A stretch of 42,185 nt of DNA from Desulfobacterales bacterium (GTDB lineage: Bacteria > Desulfobacterota > Desulfobacteria > Desulfobacterales > JAHEIW01), in the NCBI GenBank assembly GCA_050122435.1, contig JASFIX010000001.1, forward strand, positions 1-42,185. Reading direction: 5' to 3'. Made by a program: the position numbers and the translations under genes. Below, one piece after another: positions 17,081 through 23,305 of this stretch. Under the pieces are notes generated by a model, which saw nothing but the letters and a program-made list of their open reading frames with translations, had not been told where the DNA came from and searched no databases. Positions within the stretch are counted from its first letter, which is position 1. Each line of letters opens with the position of its first letter.

Positions 17081-18073
17081 TTAGCCTCCTATTGCCCGCA
17101 TAGCCCTTTGACAAGCGTTTTGATGGTCCTTGGTATTCAGATGGTGACCGGCCGGTTTTTGAGCCACCGACCGCCTGAATATGTCGATGATATCGTCTTG
17201 GGTTGCCCCGGCTCTCAGTGCGGCTTTAATATCGATTTCTTCCCTTGAAAACAAACAGGTCTTTATCTTGCCGTCAGCGGTCATCCGCAGGCGATTGCAT
17301 GAACCACAAAAATGCCAGCTGATGGGTGCAATAAAACCGACCTTTCCGACCGCACCCGGCAGCTTACAGAGTCTTGCCGGCCCGTAGGAATCTATGGCCG
17401 GCTCAATTTTAACCCGGTCAATTCGATGGATCTTCTTCATAAATTCTTCAACGGGTACAAACAATGTTTCATAGTCGCCATAGGCTGAGCTGTTGGTGGG
17501 CATTAGTTCGATAAAGCGCACATGGTAAGGCTTGGTCAGGGTTAGAGCAGCCAAATCTTCGACTTCATCATCATTGATGCCGCGCATGACCACGGTATTG
17601 ATCTTAATGGGGCGCATCCCGATCTCTTCAGCACGTTTGATGCCGGCCAGCACGCGTGGCAGCCAATTGTATCCGGTTATCTTTTCGAATCGATCCGGCT
17701 TCAACGTATCCAGGCTGACGTTGATTCTGCTGACACCGGCCTTAAATAGCGAATCGGCCATCTCTTCCAGATAAATCCCGTTGGTGGTCAGGGCCAGACT
17801 TCTTAAGCCGTCGATCTCTGAAATCATCCGACAAAATTCGACCACCCCTTTTCTGACCAGGGGCTCGCCACCGGTGATTCGGATTTTGGTGATACCGCTT
17901 GCGGCCGCTGCTTTAGCGACGTTGAGCATTTCCTCGTAGGTCAGAATCTCTGAACGCGCTAGATGACTGCGGCCTGAAAACTGCGTGCAGTAATAGCATT
18001 TCAGGTTGCAATGATCGGTTATGGATATGCGCAGGTAATCAATTTTCCGTCCGTAACTATCAACAAGTTTCAC
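17081..18073 (-). CDS. moaA: GTP 3',8-cyclase MoaA (radical SAM, Moco biosynthesis step 1)
   Basis: GTG start. DYLRISITDHCNLKCYYC radical-SAM motif and C-terminal CxxC...C cluster (CGSCNRLRMTADGKIKTCLF). Confidence 0.93.
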   Translation of the reverse strand: MKLVDSYGRKIDYLRISITDHCNLKCYYCTQFSGRSHLARSEILTYEEMLNVAKAAAASGITKIRITGGEPLVRKGVVEFCRMISEIDGLRSLALTTNGIYLEEMADSLFKAGVSRINVSLDTLKPDRFEKITGYNWLPRVLAGIKRAEEIGMRPIKINTVVMRGINDDEVEDLAALTLTKPYHVRFIELMPTNSSAYGDYETLFVPVEEFMKKIHRIDRVKIEPAIDSYGPARLCKLPGAVGKVGFIAPISWHFCGSCNRLRMTADGKIKTCLFSREEIDIKAALRAGATQDDIIDIFRRSVAQKPAGHHLNTKDHQNACQRAMRAIGG

Positions 18074-18140
18074 TGTTTTTCAGCTCCATTTCAATTGTCG
18101 GATTCGTAGCAATAAGTGTCTCACACAAGGCCGCCTTATC

Positions 18141-18245
18141 AGGTTTGCCGGTTTGCCAGTTGAGCCGGTTGAGCCCGTTAAAAAGGAATGCGATCATATA
18201 TTATTTTTAACGGGTAAACAGGCTAACGGGCAACGGGCTCAACCC
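18141..18245. repeat. Tandem-repeat palindrome, units GGTTTGCC / GTTGAGCC
   Basis: ggtttgcc x2 plus (a/g)gttgagcc x2 at 18142-18175. About 29-nt AT spacer. Complementary units at 18209-18245. Perfect 13-bp pairing of 18167-18179 with 18232-18244. Confidence 0.8.
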
Positions 18246-18273
18246 AGCATGACGCGAGTGTTAAAAACAGTTT

Positions 18274-19299
18274 CTATTTGCCGAATGGGCAATGCGGATA
18301 CAAACACTCCTCACAATCTTTACACAGCCCCCCATGGCCCAGAAACGCAAGCTCGGCCTTGCCGATTTTTTCGCCGGCTAAAATTCGCGGCAGCACCAGA
18401 TCAAGCACGGTAATGCGGTGAAACAGGCCGCAGGCCGGCACCCCCAGCAGCGGCACATCCCCCACATAAGCCACCAGAAACATGGCCCCGGGCAGCACTG
18501 ATGCTCCATAGTGCATCTCGCCGGCACCGGCAGCACGAATTCCCTGGCGGGTAACATCGTCGGGATCCACACTCATGCCGCCGCTGAGCATCAGTAAATC
18601 ACAGCCCTGCTCCAGATGGGAACGAATAGCCGATCGGATCATCTCAGCATCATCCGGTGCAAAAGCGATCCCGGCCACCTCGGAGCCCAGGGCTTTAACC
18701 TTTTCTGTCAGGATCGGCGCAAAACGGTCTTCAATCAGACCGTGGTAAACTTCGTTGCCTGTAATCACCAGTCCCACTTTTGCTTTATGGATAGGGTTCA
18801 CCGCAAGGACGGCGCCATTCTGACGGGCAATGGCTGCGGCTCGTTCGATAGGCGCGCGTTTCATGATCAACGGGATGGCACGGGTAGCCGCCACCAATTC
18901 CCCTTTTTTGACAATGGTGTGGTTGTGCAGGGTGGCGCACATGACTTCATCAACCATGTTAAAGGCAGCCAAAGCGCTGGTATTCACCGCAAACAGGCCA
19001 TCTTTTCCTGCCAGCAGCTTTATTTTTCCTTCTCGTGGCTCGTCCTTCCAAACAATGCCGTCACCGGCCAGCGCATCTGCTAAAATGGTGGCCGCCTGGT
19101 CCTCATGAATTTCGTCGTCGTCAAGGTCGATGACGAAAAGGTGATTTTTTCCCATTTTCTGAAGACGGCACAAATCTTCGTTACAGACTTCGTGCCCTTT
19201 ATGAAAGGCAGCGCCTTTGAATTCTCCGGGACGAATCTCGGTCATGTCGTGAGCTAATTTAGTACCGACGGCATCTTGCAGTTTGATCTTTTTTAGCAT
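18274..19299 (-). CDS. Molybdopterin-binding (MoCF-biosynthesis domain) protein with C-terminal Cys-rich tail
   Basis: 341-aa ORF. The central region is MogA/MoeA-domain-III-like (VGLVITGNEV...DLLMLSGGMSVDPDD). C-terminal tail is CKDCEECLYPHCPFG. Confidence 0.65.
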   Translation of the reverse strand: MLKKIKLQDAVGTKLAHDMTEIRPGEFKGAAFHKGHEVCNEDLCRLQKMGKNHLFVIDLDDDEIHEDQAATILADALAGDGIVWKDEPREGKIKLLAGKDGLFAVNTSALAAFNMVDEVMCATLHNHTIVKKGELVAATRAIPLIMKRAPIERAAAIARQNGAVLAVNPIHKAKVGLVITGNEVYHGLIEDRFAPILTEKVKALGSEVAGIAFAPDDAEMIRSAIRSHLEQGCDLLMLSGGMSVDPDDVTRQGIRAAGAGEMHYGASVLPGAMFLVAYVGDVPLLGVPACGLFHRITVLDLVLPRILAGEKIGKAELAFLGHGGLCKDCEECLYPHCPFGK

Positions 19300-19380
19300 T
19301 GTTGGACTCCCTTTGTGTAGATACCATTGACCTTGTTTAAATGTATCTGTGCTTTTTCTCTCCAGGTGTTTTTTTGACCG

Positions 19381-20058
19381 TTAATAGCAATTCGTTTCAA
19401 TAATTTCTGCGTCTTTGTGGGTTTGCGTATGGTTGTCTCCCGGTTTCCAGTTCATATCCGGCCAGGTCACCTCGCAGGCATCTGAAAAATAGGTTTCCTG
19501 GGTGCAGGGCCGGCAGAGAACCGCCCCATCCTGAACGACCTCGCGCTGATCGCGCACGATCTGGCCGCAGCGGCTGCATGGGATCTTATAACGGGTCGGT
19601 CCGGGTAGATCACAGTCATCGATTTTCACTCTGACCTCCTGTACCCGAAATAGGACGCTGTCGGGCATACGTTTGTATGCTTCCAACTGCTGAGGGTGTT
19701 TTTCAGCAATTTCAGGTGCATAAGCGCTGGCCAGATTGCGGGCCGCTTCCGTGGAGACCACCCGAAAGGCCTTACCGGTGTCAAGATTGACGAAGGTAGC
19801 GGCCATAATGCCGTAATCCATGAATTTCAATGAGCGCCGTCCCAGTTTAACACCGGTAACATGGGCCACCGCATCGGCGGTGCATCGGTCCATCTCCACA
19901 TAGACAATCAACTTTTTAATTTGATCATGGCGCTTAGGCTCGTCCAGTCCAATCAGCCGACAGCCCAGCATGGCCATGCGGACGCCCACCACCTGCCCGG
20001 GGCAAAGGTGGCCGTGGGCGTCAGCTGAACTTTCTAGCAGAACTTCAAAGGTTTCCAT
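19381..20058 (-). CDS. FmdE-family protein with C-terminal zinc-ribbon
   Basis: Hallmark HGHLCPGQVVGVRMA plus CSRCGQ...CRPC. I place the start at ATG 20058, which has an aaagga SD. The track's GTG at 20184 reads through the repeat. Confidence 0.8.
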   Translation of the reverse strand: METFEVLLESSADAHGHLCPGQVVGVRMAMLGCRLIGLDEPKRHDQIKKLIVYVEMDRCTADAVAHVTGVKLGRRSLKFMDYGIMAATFVNLDTGKAFRVVSTEAARNLASAYAPEIAEKHPQQLEAYKRMPDSVLFRVQEVRVKIDDCDLPGPTRYKIPCSRCGQIVRDQREVVQDGAVLCRPCTQETYFSDACEVTWPDMNWKPGDNHTQTHKDAEIIETNCY

Positions 20059-20081
20059 GATCTGTGCTGTCCTTTCTTCAA

Positions 20082-20175
20082 CAGGTTTCAGGTGTCGGGT
20101 GTCAGGTGTCAGATCTGATCGGTCTGAAATTTCTGCGCGTCGGATGCTGAACACCGAAACCTGACACCTGAACAC
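20082..20175. repeat. Tandem-repeat palindrome, unit GGTGTCA (period 7)
   Basis: Units ggtttca ggtgtcg ggtgtca ggtgtca run from 20084-20111. A 36-nt spacer follows, then tgaacac cgaaacc tgacacc tgaacac at 20148-20175. It sits in the 5' leader of the FmdE-like gene. Confidence 0.8.
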
Positions 20176-20193
20176 TTTTGCCACATGGTGGCA

Positions 20194-20211
20194 TATGTTA
20201 AAATTAACATA
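20194..20211. promoter_or_regulatory. 18-bp palindrome, candidate operator
   Basis: tATGTTAAaaTTAACATa has perfect 8-bp arms. It is adjacent to a second small palindrome, gccacATGgtggc (20180-20192). Confidence 0.3.
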
Positions 20212-20272
20212 ACAGACGGCAAAAAAAATTCAGAAGTAGGGTCGGTTATAGCCTTTAAAGCCATCTATGTCT

Positions 20273-20286
20273 TTGACCTGGGTCAA
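20273..20286. promoter_or_regulatory. Second CRP/FNR-type box TTGAC-N4-GTCAA
   Basis: gtctTTGACctggGTCAAgac lies about 215 nt upstream of the FmdE-like start and 39 nt downstream of the CMD gene stop. Confidence 0.4.
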
Positions 20287-20324
20287 GACAACTGACAGTT
20301 TCCTAATATTTCTGCAATTAGAGG

Positions 20325-20636
20325 TCAAGAACCTTCCAGCACTTCATCCACCCAGCCCAAGGCCGCAATCATGTTCGGAAAACCGATGGTTGTCAATGAT
20401 AATAATACGACGTGGACGATTTCTTCCTGGCTGGCACCGGATTCCAGGGCCTTGCGGGTTTGGGACATCACCGCTCCGCGGGAATTGGCCCCAATGGCAA
20501 TACCCAGATTGGCCAGGTTCTGGTATTTTTCCTCAAGCGGCCCGGACTCCCGGCAGGTCTTGCCTAACTGTTGATAATCTTTAAATACTTCCGGAAATTT
20601 CGACGAGAACTTTTCGTAAATTTTAGGAAGATACAT
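20325..20636 (-). CDS. Carboxymuconolactone-decarboxylase (AhpD-like) family protein, no Cys
   Basis: I place the start at ATG 20636, with AAGGAG 6 nt upstream. The track's TTG at 20654 is less likely. The helical CMD-like core is EEKYQNLANLGIAIGANSRGAV. Confidence 0.75.
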   Translation of the reverse strand: MYLPKIYEKFSSKFPEVFKDYQQLGKTCRESGPLEEKYQNLANLGIAIGANSRGAVMSQTRKALESGASQEEIVHVVLLSLTTIGFPNMIAALGWVDEVLEGS

Positions 20637-20676
20637 GATCGCTCCTTTTTGCAAAAATTTCGAATTACGATTCTCA

Positions 20677-21369
20677 TTACACCTGGAGCGAATTTATTTC
20701 AACGTGTTTTTCTGAATTCTCCTGGCCGGTTTCAAGAACCCTACAAACAACCCGGTAATTTTCATTTAAAAACGCTGTAGTTGCTTTTGCCAGATTCGGA
20801 TAAAACGGATTTTCTGCATTTTCGATGATACTGTTGGCAAATTCCGGCACCCAGGCCATCAGGTGATCTTCCAGGAAAGATTTCTGCCTCTGAATAAAAC
20901 CGATGGCCGTTTCGATGTCGGAGCTGGCGAACGCTTCGATTTCTTTAAAAATCAAATAGTACATAAATTCGAGTTCAGCGCTGATGTGGTCGGGCGCATC
21001 TTTAAATGTCTTGGCTGTATCCAGGCCTGCTTCCCTGTATCTGTTTTTTACGTCCTGGGTTGAGTTGCCCATCATTTTTCTTTCGCTCTCTAAATACACC
21101 GAACCGTAAGGTGCCGCCGACAGCGTATACGGGCCGACAAACAGTTTTGAAAAATCGATTTTTAAGGGCTCAAGATCAGCACCGGCTTCGAATTCTTTGC
21201 ACATATTCTGGATTAACGGGACCGCCGCTTCGCACACATTTCCCATGTTGAATTCCAGGGTTTTCAATTTCTCAGATAATCCCGGATTCGGCAAAAAAAA
21301 GCAGTCGCTCAATAATCGAAATGCCGTCATTCGATGCGATTCACGGCTCAACAGGTTTTTTGTTCTCAT
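20677..21369 (-). CDS. arrD: TorD/DmsD-family redox-enzyme maturation chaperone (ArrD-like)
   Basis: 230-aa ORF. The segments FSKLFVGP...APYGSVYLE and PDHISAELEFMYYL are typical of the TorD family. It lies downstream of the Mo-enzyme genes. Confidence 0.75.
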   Translation of the reverse strand: MRTKNLLSRESHRMTAFRLLSDCFFLPNPGLSEKLKTLEFNMGNVCEAAVPLIQNMCKEFEAGADLEPLKIDFSKLFVGPYTLSAAPYGSVYLESERKMMGNSTQDVKNRYREAGLDTAKTFKDAPDHISAELEFMYYLIFKEIEAFASSDIETAIGFIQRQKSFLEDHLMAWVPEFANSIIENAENPFYPNLAKATTAFLNENYRVVCRVLETGQENSEKHVEINSLQV

Positions 21370-21407
21370 AGTTTTCTCTTGGGTTGGTTAAATGTGGTTT
21401 AATTAAT

Positions 21408-21438
21408 GCGATGCCGGCCGCTTTCCAGCCGGCATCGC
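21408..21438 (-). other. GC-rich perfect hairpin between arrC and arrD
   Basis: gcgatgccggc (21408-18) pairs with gccggcatcgc (21428-38) around a 9-nt loop. No U-tract follows on the transcribed strand. Confidence 0.5.
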
Positions 21439-21450
21439 ACGTGTTGTGTT

Positions 21451-22566
21451 TTACTCCGGAACTTCAGACAGTTTCAGGTTTCGTTCTCCCAGGGTGTATA
21501 CGAACAACAGCGCAGCCAGTGCAGAAACAAAAACAAACACTTCCCAGATTGTGGGCCAGTAACCCACAAACAGGGGCTGTCCTTCGGCCTTGGGACCTGT
21601 GGGCATCACCAGACCGCTGAGTACCATTTCCAGGCGTCCGGCAAACATGCCGATCAAAAACAAAGCCGCAGCGGTAACTTTACCCCAGACGGCCTGTCGT
21701 GCAGAGGGCGTGGCAAGCAATAGAAGCGGGATGACCAATCCCGCCCACAAGGCAAGGTGGTACCACCCTGAGCTCAACATATGCCTGAATCCGGCAAATT
21801 CGACCGCTGTCGCCGACGCGCCGCCCACGATCGTTCGCCATAGGAAAAAAATCAGCGTCAAAACCATAACAACGCCAAACAGATTACTCAGGTCGTCATA
21901 AAGGTTTTTGTCCCCGTCGCTCAAGGGAATCTCGGCAAAATGATGGTAGGCCAGGCTGAATAACAACACGGCAGCCAGCGCGCTGCCAAATCCGGTCAGC
22001 GGAAAATACATGGCTAAAAAGTTTGCGTTGTACGCCGGCCTTGCATCCGGAAGCCCAAAGAGCCAGCCCAGTGCGGTGGAGGTGGCAATCGCAATACTGA
22101 ATGTGAATATGCCAAGCCCCTTGCTGACCTGGCCTTTATGCATTTTGCCAAATGATAAGAGCAGTACAATCAGGTAAAGCCCATAGAGCATACCCAGCCA
22201 CCATAGAGGTGAGGCCGGGTTTGGGGATATTATGTAATAGATAACATTCCATGGCGATCCGAGATGTAATAACAAACAGGTAAAAGCAGCCACCAATACG
22301 GCGATTTCTAAAAATGCGGTCCTTTTTTCAAGGGGCTGGTAGCGCTTGATATTAAAAACCACGGGAATGGATGAGACAAAGGCAAGTCCTGAGCTTGTCA
22401 GTGAGAAAAAAACATAGGCTGCGATGGGCATGGTCCAGACCAATATATCCGTTTTGGCATACAGGACAAAGCCGGTGCTGATTAACACTCGATACGCGGT
22501 GAGCAGACCGAGCAGAATCCCCAACACAAGTAATCCATACCACAATTGAACTTTAATTGCTTTCAT
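21451..22566 (-). CDS. arrC: NrfD-family membrane anchor (ArrC-like)
   Basis: 371-aa polytopic membrane ORF. Its start abuts the arrB stop. Confidence 0.75.
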   Translation of the reverse strand: MKAIKVQLWYGLLVLGILLGLLTAYRVLISTGFVLYAKTDILVWTMPIAAYVFFSLTSSGLAFVSSIPVVFNIKRYQPLEKRTAFLEIAVLVAAFTCLLLHLGSPWNVIYYIISPNPASPLWWLGMLYGLYLIVLLLSFGKMHKGQVSKGLGIFTFSIAIATSTALGWLFGLPDARPAYNANFLAMYFPLTGFGSALAAVLLFSLAYHHFAEIPLSDGDKNLYDDLSNLFGVVMVLTLIFFLWRTIVGGASATAVEFAGFRHMLSSGWYHLALWAGLVIPLLLLATPSARQAVWGKVTAAALFLIGMFAGRLEMVLSGLVMPTGPKAEGQPLFVGYWPTIWEVFVFVSALAALLFVYTLGERNLKLSEVPE

Positions 22567-23295
22567 CTATATCCCCCCTTTCGTTCTTTGATAGTGTGCG
22601 GGATTAAAACTGCGAATATAATAGACGTTCGGCTGAGTGCCGAGCCGCTCTTTGCGACGGTACGGTTTGTATTTTCCTAAAAGCCGGTTCACCTTGCTGT
22701 CCGGCTTTTCCAGATCTCCAAATACCCGGGCATCAGAAGGACAGGCCTCAACACAGTAAGGAATCTCACCCTCCTTGATTCTGTGATCGCAAAAGGTGCA
22801 CTTTTCAACCACGCCCTTGGGTCTGTTCTCCGGAAGTGTTTTCCCCCTGGATGGATTGCTGTAAGGCGTTCCGTTTCCGTTGTTGACTTTCCGGGCTATT
22901 TCCTTCGGCGAACTTGTGCCGCCCTCGATGACCGGCCGAGTATCCCTCCAGAATTTGTGGGGGGCCTGCCAGTTGAAATAGATTACCTCATAGGGGCAAT
23001 TGTACATGCAGTACCGGCAGCCGATGCATTTGTCGGGATCATGCATGGTGATGCCGTTATCCAGCTTGTGCATGGCCTTTGTCGGGCAACCCGTTACGCA
23101 CGGGGGATCTGAACAGTGGTTGCAAAGCGTCGGCAGATAGTGAAACCGCACATTTGGGAACGTGCCGGAAGTTTCGGTTATTTTGCTGGACCAGTAGATG
23201 CCATCCTGCACATTGTTCTCGTTTCGACAGGCAATGCTGCAGGCCCCGCACCCGACACATCGCTGTAAATCTATTACCATTGCATATTTAGGCAT
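22567..23295 (-). CDS. arrB: 4x[4Fe-4S] electron-transfer subunit (ArrB-like)
   Basis: MVIDLQRCVGCGACSIACR, CNHCSDPPCVTGCP, CIGCRYCMYNCP and CTFCDHR...CVEACP. Confidence 0.85.
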   Translation of the reverse strand: MPKYAMVIDLQRCVGCGACSIACRNENNVQDGIYWSSKITETSGTFPNVRFHYLPTLCNHCSDPPCVTGCPTKAMHKLDNGITMHDPDKCIGCRYCMYNCPYEVIYFNWQAPHKFWRDTRPVIEGGTSSPKEIARKVNNGNGTPYSNPSRGKTLPENRPKGVVEKCTFCDHRIKEGEIPYCVEACPSDARVFGDLEKPDSKVNRLLGKYKPYRRKERLGTQPNVYYIRSFNPAHYQRTKGGI

Positions 23296-23305
23296 TTTTC
23301 ACCTC

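Noticed and set aside
16977-20175. Possibility that the short tandem repeats are CRISPR arrays or coding microsatellites.
   Set aside because: Units are only 7-8 nt with no unique spacers. The second half is the reverse complement of the first. No cas genes are present. None lies in a credible CDS.
20059-20184. N-terminal extensions in the ORF track that read through repeats or neighbouring genes: 20059-20184, 40395-40451, 37915-38118, 30288-30404, 33670-33738, 26337-26453 and 34515-34544.
   Set aside because: The extensions start at GTG or TTG without an SD, and they cross repeat hairpins, a sigma54 promoter or the upstream gene. Internal ATG or GTG codons with good SDs coincide with the start of the conserved domain or signal peptide.
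18074-20324. Moco riboswitch (Moco RNA motif) upstream of moaA or the FmdE-like gene.
   Set aside because: I found no conserved CUCCGAG-type core or matching stems in the leaders. The only ctccgag strings (about 18680 and 27440) are inside CDSs. A covariance-model search with Rfam RF01055 would be the decisive test.
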